A stretch of DNA of 64,000 bases from a bacterium (GCA_035266845.1 DATFMP010000054.1:93709-157708); one strand, 5' to 3'. Shown: positions 30,664 through 40,229, numbered from the stretch's first letter. The notes: generated by a model from the sequence alone, not told the origin. A program made the numbers and translations.

Positions 30664-31704
30664 ATGGCGACGACCAAGAAGAAGGCTCAGCCCAAGCCGA
30701 AGGCAAAAAACACGGTATCCCGATCGAAATCGGCGGGAACCTCATCGGCCTCTCGTGCCTCCAAAGCGTCGAAGCCGACGCGGACGGCAACGGCGTCGAA
30801 GGCCACCAAGGCCTCGAAAGCCAAAGCGCCGAAGGCGAAGGCCTCTCCGGCCAAGGCGGCAAAGACGACCGCCAAGGCTCCGAAGGCCACGAAACCGGCC
30901 AAACCGACGAAGAGCGCGGCATCGTCTCGAACAACCCGGGCCGCAGCCGCGTCCACGGCAAAGTCATCGCGAGCGTCGAAACCGGCCAAGGCCGCCGGCG
31001 CTGCACGTGCCAAACCCGCGCCGAAACCGGCCAAGGCCGCCGGCGCATCCCAGGCCAGAGGAGCGGCAAAGACGTTGAAAGCGACAGGAGGATCGAAGTC
31101 ATCCAAGGTGGCAAGCACCAAGGCGAGCAAGGCCAAGCCCGCACCCAAGACGGCCGCGAAAGCGCCCAAGGTAGCGAAGGCCAAACCGGCCCCGAAGGCC
31201 GCCGCCCCCAAGGCCGCGGCCAAGGTACCGCCACCGCCGGTGGTGCCCGAGATGGGGGAGTCTCTCACCGAGAAGCTTCCGCACATCGACGACAAGACGT
31301 TGGGCAAGATCATTGCCAAGCTGCAGGAGATGCGCGAGGAGAGCCTGTCCATCGTCAATCAGAACATGCAGACGGACCTGAAGCCGCGCGAGGAAGCCTC
31401 CGACGTGGGGGACGACCTGGATCAGGCCAGCAACGAGCGCGACCGGGAGTTCAACCTCATCATGCACCAGCGCCATCTGCGCCGGTTGCAGCAGATCAAC
31501 GATGCGTTCGAGCGCATCGATGACGGCAGCTACGGCCTGTGCGAGGGGACGGACGAGCCCATCAATCCCAGGCGGCTGCTGATCATGCCGCTGGCCCGCT
31601 TCAGCCTGGAGTACCAGGAGCAGCAGGAGAAGATGCTGGGCCGCACCGTGGAAACGGAGCAGTTCCTGGAGAGCGGCGAGGACTCCTTCAGCGCCGAAGA
31701 GTGA
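30664..31704 (+). CDS. DksA/TraR-family regulator with N-terminal AKP-rich histone-H1-like domain
   Basis: C-terminal 150 aa carries the DksA coiled-coil tip (DVGDDLDQASNE) and a degenerate zinc finger (LCEGTDEPINPRRLLIMPLARFSLEY; only 1 of 4 Cys). The N-terminal ~200 aa are KPAKA/AAKA low-complexity repeats. Confidence 0.75.
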   Translation: MATTKKKAQPKPKAKNTVSRSKSAGTSSASRASKASKPTRTATASKATKASKAKAPKAKASPAKAAKTTAKAPKATKPAKPTKSAASSRTTRAAAASTAKSSRASKPAKAAGAARAKPAPKPAKAAGASQARGAAKTLKATGGSKSSKVASTKASKAKPAPKTAAKAPKVAKAKPAPKAAAPKAAAKVPPPPVVPEMGESLTEKLPHIDDKTLGKIIAKLQEMREESLSIVNQNMQTDLKPREEASDVGDDLDQASNERDREFNLIMHQRHLRRLQQINDAFERIDDGSYGLCEGTDEPINPRRLLIMPLARFSLEYQEQQEKMLGRTVETEQFLESGEDSFSAEE

Positions 31705-31755
31705 CCCCGCGGGCAGCCGCGCACCGCGCGTCTGGCACCGGCCCCCGCGCGACGC

Positions 31756-32826
31756 TCACAGCGGCCCCGGCTCCGCCTCCACGTGCTGCTTGATGCGTTG
31801 CAGCAACCGCGAGGCGGGCGCCCCATCCACCGCTTTGTGATCGAAGCTGAGACAGAACGTGCACATGGGCGCGGCCACCACGCGTCCATCGCGCACCACT
31901 GCGCGCTCCTCTACCTTACCCACGGCCAGGATGAACGTCTCCGGCGGGTTGAGCACCGCCGTGAACGCCGTGACGTCGAACTCGCCCAGGTTGGTGATGG
32001 TGAGGCTGCTGGCGTAGAGCTCCTCGCGGGAGAGCGTCATGCGCAGGGCTTTGCGGATCAGCCCCTTGAAGCGGCGCTGAATCTCCAGCAGCCCCGCATC
32101 CGCCAGATTCTTCATCGACACCGTGATCAGGTTGTCGCCCAGCGCTACGGCCATGCCCACGTGGATGCCCTCCAGGGGCACCACGTCGCCGTCGATGAGG
32201 TGGAAGTTGAAGCCCGGCAGCTCCTGAAACGCCTTCACCACACCGTGGGCGATGTACACGTTGTAGCTGGGCGCCTCCTTGCCGTCCGCCTTGAGTGCCT
32301 TGCGATGGGCCTCCACCTGTGAGAAATCCACCTCCGCGAACAGATCCACTTTGGGCGAACCGACCCACGAGCGGGCCATGCGCTGGGCCGTCACCCGCCG
32401 CAACTGGTGGCGCAGCAGGCCCCGCTGACGCGCCGTGAACTCCGCCGGGGCCGGCGCGGCATCGTCCTGCAGTTGCCGCGGACCGAAGGTCTCGGGCGGA
32501 ACCGCCAGCAACGCGGAGAGATTGGGCGGCGGCGGGGCCACCTCGGACTCCCAGCCTACGATGCGGCAACCGCCGGCCGGCGCGGTCTCGCCCTTGCGGC
32601 CGATCCAGCCCAGGCGCTCACCTTCCGGCACGATGGCGCCCTCGGGCGCCCACACGGCCAGCAGCACGCCATCCGCTCCGGCCTCCAGCACGTGCACGGT
32701 TTTCTCCATGGACACTTCCACCAGGGCCTCCCCCGCCGTCACGGGCTGGCCGAGGGGCTTGAGCCACTGCAGGACAGTGCCTTCGCGGGTGCCGTAACCG
32801 AGGTTGGGTAGCAGAATGGCCGGCAT
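31756..32826 (-). CDS. 2-oxoacid dehydrogenase E2 component (dihydrolipoamide acyltransferase), single lipoyl domain
   Basis: Start at MPAILLPNLGYG. Lipoyl-lysine context EVSMEKTVHVLEA. Catalytic DHKAVDG. No E1/E3 adjacent. Confidence 0.8.
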   Translation of the reverse strand: MPAILLPNLGYGTREGTVLQWLKPLGQPVTAGEALVEVSMEKTVHVLEAGADGVLLAVWAPEGAIVPEGERLGWIGRKGETAPAGGCRIVGWESEVAPPPPNLSALLAVPPETFGPRQLQDDAAPAPAEFTARQRGLLRHQLRRVTAQRMARSWVGSPKVDLFAEVDFSQVEAHRKALKADGKEAPSYNVYIAHGVVKAFQELPGFNFHLIDGDVVPLEGIHVGMAVALGDNLITVSMKNLADAGLLEIQRRFKGLIRKALRMTLSREELYASSLTITNLGEFDVTAFTAVLNPPETFILAVGKVEERAVVRDGRVVAAPMCTFCLSFDHKAVDGAPASRLLQRIKQHVEAEPGPL

Positions 32827-33130
32827 GGAGCGTCCTCGGGAATCGCGGGGGGTCGGAGCGCGGGGGGCCCGCCCGGACCCGCCGTCAGCGCCCTTCGGAT
32901 AGCACACTAGCCGCCCGCGCCGCAATGCGGCAAGCGCAGGGCCGATCCGTCCGCGGCACCCCCTGTGGGTTGATGTAGCTTGACTTTTGGCCCGGTTTTC
33001 CGAAGATAGGCAGACTTCCTGCAGAGCCGCCGCGGCAGACGACGCCCGGCCATGCCCGCCCCGGCGGGCTGCGCCGCGTGCGAGCCGGTGGATGCAGGCT
33101 GGCAGGCACCAACGCCAACAAGGACCGCAC

Positions 33131-34258
33131 ATGGAGTTCAAGATTCAACCCGTCCCGGCAACGGAGCGGCGTCCGAAACCTACGGACGAGAACAAGTTAG
33201 GCTTCGGCAAGATCTACAGCGACCACATGTTTACGGCCACCTGGAGTCCTAACGGCGGGTGGGCCCAAGGCACGGTGAAGAAGTATGGTGCGCTCGACCT
33301 GGCTCCTGCGGCGTTGGTACTCCATTACGGGCAGACGATCTTCGAGGGCCTCAAGGCCTACCGGAACCAGCACGGCACGATCAACCTGTTCCGGCCGCTG
33401 AAGAACCTGGAGCGCTTCAACCGCTCCGCGGCGCGGCTGGACCTGCCGCAGGTGCCCGAGGAACTGTTCATGGGTGCGATCGAGGCGCTGCTGGAACTGG
33501 ATCACGAGTGGATTCCGCACTCCCACGGCACCTCGCTCTACATCCGGCCCACCATGATCGGCGCCGAGCCCTACATCGGGCTCAAGTCGGCCTCCGAGGT
33601 GCTGCTGTTCTTCATCACCGGCCCGGTGGGTGCGTACTATCCCGAGGGCTTCAACCCGGTGAAGATCACCGTCTGCGAGGCGTACTCGCGCGCGGGGCCG
33701 GGCGGCCTGGGCTCGGCCAAGACGGCCGCCAACTATGCGGCGAGCCTGCTGGCCGAAAAGGAAGCCATCAAGCGCGGCTTCACGCAGGTGCTCTGGCTGG
33801 ATGCGGCCGAGCGCAAGTACGTGGAGGAAGTCGGCTCGATGAACATCCTGTTCAAGATCAAGGGCAAGGTGGTCTCCCCTCCGCCGGGCGAGACGATCCT
33901 GGCGGGCATCACGCGCGATTCCGCGCTGCAACTGCTACGCAGTTGGGACGTGCCCGTGGAGGAGTACCGCATCACCATCGACGAGGTGCTGCAAGCCCAT
34001 GCCGACGGCACGCTGGAGGAGGTCTTCGGCGCGGGTACCGCGGCTGTCATCTCCCCGGTGGGCCTGCTGGAGTACAAGGGCCACAACTACGAGGTCGCCG
34101 ATGGCCAGACCGGCCCCGTGGCCCGCAAGCTGTTCGATGAGCTGATGGGCATCCAATATGGCCTGCGTCCGGATCCCTTCCAGTGGATTCACGAGGTCGT
34201 GCCCACCACGCTCAAAGCCAACGTAGCCTCCCAACCGGTAGCCGCGACCCGCTCGTAA
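33131..34258 (+). CDS. ilvE: branched-chain amino acid aminotransferase (fold type IV)
   Basis: MEFKIQP...GFGKIYSDHMF...QTIFEGLKAYR...EVFGAGTAAVISPV. Confidence 0.88.
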   Translation: MEFKIQPVPATERRPKPTDENKLGFGKIYSDHMFTATWSPNGGWAQGTVKKYGALDLAPAALVLHYGQTIFEGLKAYRNQHGTINLFRPLKNLERFNRSAARLDLPQVPEELFMGAIEALLELDHEWIPHSHGTSLYIRPTMIGAEPYIGLKSASEVLLFFITGPVGAYYPEGFNPVKITVCEAYSRAGPGGLGSAKTAANYAASLLAEKEAIKRGFTQVLWLDAAERKYVEEVGSMNILFKIKGKVVSPPPGETILAGITRDSALQLLRSWDVPVEEYRITIDEVLQAHADGTLEEVFGAGTAAVISPVGLLEYKGHNYEVADGQTGPVARKLFDELMGIQYGLRPDPFQWIHEVVPTTLKANVASQPVAATRS

Positions 34259-34426
34259 GACGGTCGCGGTCCCGCTCGCGGGTCGGCGCCCTCCGGGCGC
34301 CGCACCCCGCAGCTCCCTACGCCAGTCAGCTCCCGCGGTAATGGCCTTGCGGCCGTGCCGCCTGTCGTACACCGCCCGGCCGCACCAGCGTGCGTCGGCC
34401 GGGCCGCCCATTCGTGAGGCATCGCC

Positions 34427-35563
34427 ATGACGTTGCAGATGCAGATCGCGCCCGTCCCGCCCGAGCAGCGGCAGGCCAAACCACAGGATCCCACCCGACT
34501 GGGCTTCGGCCGGGTGTATACCGACCACATGTTCACGATGCGCTGGAGCGCCGAGCACGGCTGGCACGACGCGCAACTGGGGCCCTTCGAGCCGCTGGCG
34601 CTTTCCCCCGCGGCCATGGTGCTGCACTATGCGCAGACGATCTTCGAGGGCCTCAAGGCCTATCGCACGCCGCAGGGTACCGTGAACCTGTTCCGCCCGG
34701 CGGACAACGCCGAGCGCTTCGACCGCTCGGCCGAGCGCCTGGCCCTGCCACTGCTGCCGCCCGGGGCCTTCGTGGCGGCGGTGGAGGCGCTCGTGGCGCT
34801 GGAGCGGGACTGGGTGCCGCAGGCCCCGGGCACCTCGCTGTACGTCCGCCCGACCCTGATCGCCACCGAGCCCCACCTGGGCGTGCGACCCGCCGCCGAG
34901 GCCCTGTTCTTCGTCATCGCGGGCCCGGTGGGGCCGTACTACCCGGAGGGCTTCGCGCCCGTGCGCATCACAGTGGCCGAACACTACGTGCGCGCCGCGC
35001 CCGGCGGGCTGGGCGCAGCAAAGACGGGTGCCAATTACGCCGCCAGCCTGCTGGCCGCCGAGGAGGCGAAGGCGGAGGGTTACACGCAGGTGCTGTGGCT
35101 CGATGCCATCGAACGCCGCTACGTGGAGGAGGTCGGCGCCATGAACATCGCGTTTAAGATCGGCGGCACCGTGATCGCTCCGCCGGCGAGCGGCACTACC
35201 CTGGCCGGCATCACCATCCGCTCCGCGCTGCACCTGCTGCGGGGCTGGGACGTGTCGGTGGAGGAACGCCGCATCACCATCGACGAGGTGCTGCAGGCCC
35301 ATGCCGACGGCACGCTGGAGGAGGTCTTCGGTGCGGGCACGGCCGCGGTGATCTCGCCCGTGGGCCTGCTGGCCTACCAGGGCCGCCAATACGAGATCGC
35401 GGGGGGCGGCACGGGCCCGCTGGCACAGCGGCTGTTCGATGAGCTGACCGGCATCCAGTATGGCCAGCGCCCCGACCCCGATGGGTGGATCCGTGCAGTG
35501 CCGCCGGCGCCGCCAACACCCCGGAGGCAGGCCCCACTGCCGCTGCCGGCGGCCGGGCGCTGA
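34427..35563 (+). CDS. ilvE: branched-chain amino acid aminotransferase, tandem paralog
   Basis: Collinear with the upstream copy (~60% aa identity by eye). Shares a ~66-nt near-identical DNA stretch with it. Confidence 0.85.
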   Translation: MTLQMQIAPVPPEQRQAKPQDPTRLGFGRVYTDHMFTMRWSAEHGWHDAQLGPFEPLALSPAAMVLHYAQTIFEGLKAYRTPQGTVNLFRPADNAERFDRSAERLALPLLPPGAFVAAVEALVALERDWVPQAPGTSLYVRPTLIATEPHLGVRPAAEALFFVIAGPVGPYYPEGFAPVRITVAEHYVRAAPGGLGAAKTGANYAASLLAAEEAKAEGYTQVLWLDAIERRYVEEVGAMNIAFKIGGTVIAPPASGTTLAGITIRSALHLLRGWDVSVEERRITIDEVLQAHADGTLEEVFGAGTAAVISPVGLLAYQGRQYEIAGGGTGPLAQRLFDELTGIQYGQRPDPDGWIRAVPPAPPTPRRQAPLPLPAAGR

Positions 35564-35834
35564 GCCGGCGGCCGGCGCGCAGGAGGCCTTTCGCCCCGGC
35601 CGCGCCGGGCCCGGCTTCGTTAGGTTTGCCAGCAGGGCGGGCGGTCGCCACGCAAAAAGTTTGCATTGGCCTCGCCCTTCGTGCGAAACCGAGGGTGGCC
35701 GGGCCTCGGCGCGGCCGATGCGGAGGCCCTGGCCTCCTGCGGGAGCCGTGTAGGGTCGCCGGCCCGGCCCGCGCGAACCCCCGCCCAGAAGGGATTCCCA
35801 TGTCCGGCCGAGCCTCGTAGCCCCCTGAGCCTCG

Positions 35835-36308
35835 TTGCACGCGCAGCGCAAAAACCTGCTGGATGTCTACCGCGTCCACGATGCGTACCTCGGCATCTAT
35901 CGGGAGGCGTTCGACCGCGTCATGGAGTTGCAGGGCTTCGAGTTGACGCCGGTGCCCGAGGCACCGGAGGTATGGGAGTTCCGCAATCCCGACGAGGCAC
36001 TGCACGGGCGGCTGCTGAACGTGGCGGGCTACCTGCACCCGGATCCGGTGGCGCTGACCACCAAGGGCCGGGCCTACATGATCACGCGCCAGAACTTCAC
36101 CTTGGCGCTGCTGTTTCCCGGATCGCCCTGGCGCCTGCACCTGAACCGCACGCGCTACAAGCTGATTTCCCAGGAGCGGTCGATGCTTTATCCTGTGGAA
36201 TGGCCGCGGGAGATGGTGACACGGGTGATCCGCACGCGCTTCCGCAACCTGGTGATTCTGAACGAGGCCTTCCTGCTGCAGCAGATCGGGCTGCGCGCAC
36301 CGCTCTAA
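35835..36308 (+). CDS. hypothetical protein
   Basis: Protein-like composition versus an R/G/P-rich antisense shadow. Start uncertain (TTG at 35835 or ATG at 35922). Confidence 0.35.
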   Translation: MHAQRKNLLDVYRVHDAYLGIYREAFDRVMELQGFELTPVPEAPEVWEFRNPDEALHGRLLNVAGYLHPDPVALTTKGRAYMITRQNFTLALLFPGSPWRLHLNRTRYKLISQERSMLYPVEWPREMVTRVIRTRFRNLVILNEAFLLQQIGLRAPL

Positions 36309-36439
36309 GCGCGGCACAGGCGCGCACGTCCGATGGGCGGTCGGGTCCCCGTGCGGGGTGTGCCGGCGGCCTGCATCCGGCACGCGGAACCATGGCCACA
36401 CGCAAACCGAAGCACACGCAGTCCACTGCCGGAGAACGC

Positions 36440-37906
36440 ATGGAGCTTTGCGACCACCCCATCCACACCCTGCACGAGCGGCGCCTGGCCAAGGAGATTT
36501 CCTCGGCCGACGTGGCCCGCTCCGTGCTGGCGCGCATCGAGGCCGTGGAGGACCGCGTGCACGCCTTCATTACGCTGACCACGCAGGACGTGCTGCGCCG
36601 CGCCGAGGAGGCGGACGCCCGGCTGGCCCAGGGCAAGCCGCTCTCGCCCATCGACGGCCTGCCCATCGCCCTCAAGGACATCTTCACGACACGGGGCATC
36701 CAGACCACCTGCGGCTCGCGCATCCTGGCGGGCTTCACGCCCCCCTATGATGCGACGGTGGTGGAGCGCCTGACAGCGCAAGGCATGAACCTGGTGGGCA
36801 AGGCGAACATGGACGAGTTCGCCATGGGCTCGTCCACGGAGAACTCCGGCTACGGCCCCACGCACAATCCGTGGGACCTCTCGCGGGTGCCGGGCGGCTC
36901 GTCCGGCGGTTCGGCCGCGGCCGTGGCGGTAGGCGAGGCCTTGGCCGCACTGGGCACGGACACTGGCGGCTCGATCCGCCAGCCCGCGGCGTACACCTCG
37001 CTGGTGGGCCTCAAGCCTACATACGGGCGCGTAAGTCGTTACGGCATGGTGGCCTTCGCCAGTTCGCTGGACCAGGGCGGTGTGATCACCCGCGACACGG
37101 AGGACGCCGCGTTGATGCTGGGTATCATCGCCGGACACGACCCCCGCGACGCCACCAGCGCCCAGGTGCCCGTGCCGGACTACCGGGCGGCGCTGGGCGG
37201 CGACCTCAAGGGCAAGCGGGTCGGCCTCGTGCGCGAGTTCCAGGCCTGGGGCGGCGTGGAAGCCGTGGTGGCGGAGACCTTTCAGGCGAACGTGAAGCAG
37301 TTGGAGGCGCTCGGCGCCGAGGTGCGCGAGGTCTCCCTGCCGTCGCTCGATTACGGCATCGCCGTGTACTACATCCTGGCGCCCAGCGAGGCCAGTTCCA
37401 ACCTGGGTCGCTACGACGGTGTGCGCTATGGGCCGCGCAGCGAGCAAGGCAGCAACCTGCGCGACATGTTCCGCCGCACGCGCGAGGAGGGCTTCGGGCC
37501 GGAGGTGAAGCGCCGCATCATGCTGGGCACCTTCGCGCTTTCCGCGGGCTACTACGACGCGTACTACCTGCGCGCCATGCGCATCCGCGAGCAGTTGCGG
37601 GCAGACTTCCAGCGCGCCTTCGCGGACGTGGACCTGATCGCGTGTCCGCCGGCGCCCATGCCGGCCTTCAAGCTGGGGGAGAAGCTGGACGATCCGTTGC
37701 AGATGTACCTGGTGGATGCTTTCACGCTACCGGTCAACCTGGCCGGGCTGCCTGGGATCAGCGTGCCGGGGGGCTTCACGCCCGAGGGCCTGCCCCTGGG
37801 ACTGCAGCTCATCGCGCCGCACTTCCAGGAAGCCGCGCTGCTGCAGGCCGCGCACGCCTTCGAACAATCCACGGACTACCACACGCGCCGCCCGCCGCTG
37901 ACCTGA
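36440..37906 (+). CDS. gatA: aspartyl/glutamyl-tRNA(Asn/Gln) amidotransferase subunit A
   Basis: Amidase signature GGSSGGSAAAVA, DTGGSIRQPA. GGAG RBS before MELCDHP. gatB/gatC not adjacent. Confidence 0.9.
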   Translation: MELCDHPIHTLHERRLAKEISSADVARSVLARIEAVEDRVHAFITLTTQDVLRRAEEADARLAQGKPLSPIDGLPIALKDIFTTRGIQTTCGSRILAGFTPPYDATVVERLTAQGMNLVGKANMDEFAMGSSTENSGYGPTHNPWDLSRVPGGSSGGSAAAVAVGEALAALGTDTGGSIRQPAAYTSLVGLKPTYGRVSRYGMVAFASSLDQGGVITRDTEDAALMLGIIAGHDPRDATSAQVPVPDYRAALGGDLKGKRVGLVREFQAWGGVEAVVAETFQANVKQLEALGAEVREVSLPSLDYGIAVYYILAPSEASSNLGRYDGVRYGPRSEQGSNLRDMFRRTREEGFGPEVKRRIMLGTFALSAGYYDAYYLRAMRIREQLRADFQRAFADVDLIACPPAPMPAFKLGEKLDDPLQMYLVDAFTLPVNLAGLPGISVPGGFTPEGLPLGLQLIAPHFQEAALLQAAHAFEQSTDYHTRRPPLT

Positions 37907-37962
37907 GGCCCGCGGGGACTGCCATTGCCGGGGGGCGCGCGCCATCTCGCACGCAGGGGGCA

Positions 37963-38250
37963 ATGATCATCGAGGTACGCCAGGAGGACTTCGACTACGC
38001 CCGTGGGGAATGCCCGGACGACGCGCCGTGGTGGATGCTGCAGGAGTTCGCCGCCAATCGCGCCCTGCGCCGCGCCTTCCCCGAGGCGGAGATCATCAAG
38101 GTGGACAGCGCCCGCATGGAAGTGGACGACCGGCGCTTCCACCGCTCGATGCAGCTCTATCTGCGGCGCGGCCCCTATCGCTTCCGCCTGAGCCGCTCCA
38201 AGCTGCAGGTGCGCCTGTACGACGTGCTGCATGTGCTGGGCTGGGGGTAG
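37963..38250 (+). CDS. hypothetical small protein (95 aa)
   Basis: First ATG after the gatA stop, in a different frame. Protein-like composition. Confidence 0.35.
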   Translation: MIIEVRQEDFDYARGECPDDAPWWMLQEFAANRALRRAFPEAEIIKVDSARMEVDDRRFHRSMQLYLRRGPYRFRLSRSKLQVRLYDVLHVLGWG

Positions 38251-38391
38251 TCCACGCTCCCGCCCAACAACCCGCCCATCAAGATTGATCCGGGGAAGCG
38301 GTCGCTCCCCTTGCCCCTCGGTCGACGGGCTATCCGGACCGCCGGGAGCAATTCTTGCGGGGCCGCGCGAGCACCATGCGCGCCGGCGCGG

Positions 38392-38790
38392 CTATTGGCG
38401 ACGCTTCCGGATCCAGCGGATGTTGTGGTCCACGGATTTCCAGCCCTGCTTCCACAGCCGTCCCTCGCCCCAGAGGCTGTGGCCATAGGGATTGGCGGAG
38501 CGTGAGCGGCCGGCTGCGCGCGCCTTCTGACCCTCCTCACGCGCGGAAACCCGCCGCTGCCGACGAGCGTGCTCCTTCAGGCCGCCCAGTTCGTTCCACT
38601 GCAGCATCAGTTCGCGGCGCTCGCGCGGCGTAGCAGCCCGGGCCGCGCGGAGGCGCAGGGCGGCCCGGTGCTTGCGCAGGCGGCGCTTGCGGACGCCGCT
38701 GAGACGGTACATCAGCAGGCCCACCAGCGCGAACAGCAGCCAGACGACGGGCTCCCGCAGGTAGATCCACAGGCTGTCGTCCGCGGGCAC
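38392..38790 (-). CDS. hypothetical membrane-anchored protein (N-terminal TM, Arg-rich cytoplasmic tail)
   Basis: Start assigned to a GTG with a GGAG SD 7 nt upstream. The longer ORF form would initiate inside repeat copy A. Confidence 0.35.
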   Translation of the reverse strand: MPADDSLWIYLREPVVWLLFALVGLLMYRLSGVRKRRLRKHRAALRLRAARAATPRERRELMLQWNELGGLKEHARRQRRVSAREEGQKARAAGRSRSANPYGHSLWGEGRLWKQGWKSVDHNIRWIRKRRQ

Positions 38791-38911
38791 GGCAGCACTC
38801 CAATGCAGTGAACGGGATGGGCGGCCTCCGGCCGCCGGGTCTTGGAGAGCCTTCACTCCCCACGCTTCGCCTTGCAGGAATGGGGCTAGGCTCTGTTTGG
38901 GAAGTTGTTTT

Positions 38912-39092
38912 TTGAGCGGCTGGGCCACTTAGAACCACAAAGAATCCAATGTGGGGGCCGAGGGCTCCCACACCCCAACTACGGGCCTTGACCAAGGCAG
39001 GCGCAGTTCCACCCACAAATGGGGTCCAGGGAGCCTTGCTCCCTGGTGGCGGTATGGGGGCAACGCCCCCTGGCCGACAGGCTTTTCAAAAC
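38912..39092 (+). repeat. ~185-bp multi-hairpin intergenic repeat, copy A (first hairpin degenerate)
   Basis: Aligns by eye with copies at 50215-50405 (reverse) and 57335-57520. Shared core (A/G)AACCAC(A/G)AGAAATCCAA(T/C)G(T/C)GGGGGCC...GGGTCCAG(G/A)GAG...GGGGGCA(A/G).GCCCC...GCTTT. Confidence 0.75.
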
Positions 39093-39097
39093 AGAGG

Positions 39098-39703
39098 CTA
39101 GTACAGGCGATCGCGGATGGATTCCTGGGTCAGGCGCTCGGATTCTTCCACGTCCGTGCCCAACTGATCGGCCAGCATGCGCCCCATGGAGGGGATCGTG
39201 CCGCGCTCCACCTGGCTGGCCGGATCCCACAGCCGCGAGCGGATGAAGGCCTTGGCGCAGTGCAGAAACACCTCGTCCACCTCCACCAGCAGCCCGCTGG
39301 CGGGCGTGCGGCCCCGCACAGCCAGCGGCGCCAGCAATGCCGCATCCGTTGTGATGCGAGCCCGGCCGTTGACGCGCAGGGTTTCGTTCACACCGGGGAT
39401 CATGAACAGCAGGCCCACCTGCGGGTTCTCCAGCACATTGCGCATGCCGTCCAGGCGGTTGTTGCCAGGCCGATCGGGAATGAGCAGCGTGCGGTCGTCC
39501 AGCACGGCCACAAAGCCCGGGGCATCGCCCTTGGGCGAGGTATCCACGGCGCCGTCCACACCCGCCGTGCCCATCACCAGGAATGGGCTGTGCGCGATGA
39601 ACGTGCGGCAATGCGCGTCCAGCGCAGCGAGTTGTTTGCGGACGGCCCGCTCGCCGGGATCACCGTAGAGACCGCGCAGGGCCTCCTCGCTGCGGATTTC
39701 CAT
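39098..39703 (-). CDS. pyridoxamine 5'-phosphate oxidase-family FMN-binding protein
   Basis: Start at MEIRSEEALRGLY. The PNPOx-like split-barrel pattern is my assignment. Confidence 0.6.
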   Translation of the reverse strand: MEIRSEEALRGLYGDPGERAVRKQLAALDAHCRTFIAHSPFLVMGTAGVDGAVDTSPKGDAPGFVAVLDDRTLLIPDRPGNNRLDGMRNVLENPQVGLLFMIPGVNETLRVNGRARITTDAALLAPLAVRGRTPASGLLVEVDEVFLHCAKAFIRSRLWDPASQVERGTIPSMGRMLADQLGTDVEESERLTQESIRDRLY

Positions 39704-39927
39704 GAACCATGCTCCGGCACGGGGTGAGCCGCTCGGGCAGGGCCCCGGCGCGGCGTATGCATCCCCATATAGGCACAAGTGGCGTGCGATGTTAACCGCT
39801 GGCACCAGGTGGATAGCCATTCACCTTGCCGCCAGGGAAACAGCAGGGTATACGGGAACGTAAGCCGGTTGAGTCCGGGTGTGGCCGGCATGGCGCGCCG
39901 CTAATGCCCACCGGTGGGGAGACAACG

Positions 39928-40110
39928 ATGGCCCTGGAGATGCGAGTCTCGTGTGAACGGTGCGATAGCCCGCTCACCACGGAAGGGGAAGCCCGCATCT
40001 GCAGTTTCGAATGTACGTTTTGCCCTGACTGCGCGGAGACGATGGCGCACACCTGCCCCAATTGCGGAGGGGAACTGGTGCCACGGCCAAAGCGCAGACC
40101 GAAGCCTTGA
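39928..40110 (+). CDS. DUF1272-family zinc-ribbon protein
   Basis: MALEMRVSCERCDSPL...ICSFECTFCPDCAE...CPNCGGELVPRPKRR. GGGGAG RBS. Confidence 0.6.
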   Translation: MALEMRVSCERCDSPLTTEGEARICSFECTFCPDCAETMAHTCPNCGGELVPRPKRRPKP

Positions 40111-40229
40111 AGCTCCGGGCAGTGCCGGAGGCAAGGGTGCGGTGGGAGAAGGCAGCGCACAGGCCTGTTGCGGTGGGGTGAGGCCGCAGGGGGTTGTCAA
40201 GGGAGGACAAACCTACCATAGCGGGAGAT

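Noticed and set aside
30664-31250. Tandem DNA repeats (ccgaaaccggccaaggccgccggcgc x2 and related) as an independent repeat element
   Set aside because: They lie in-frame inside the AKP-rich N-terminal domain of the DksA-like CDS. This is coding low-complexity, not a separate element.
38791-38928. Longer form of the 38392 ORF starting at GTG 38928
   Set aside because: That start lies inside the first hairpin of repeat copy A and lacks an SD. A downstream GTG with a GGAG SD (38790) is preferred. The gene itself remains low-confidence.
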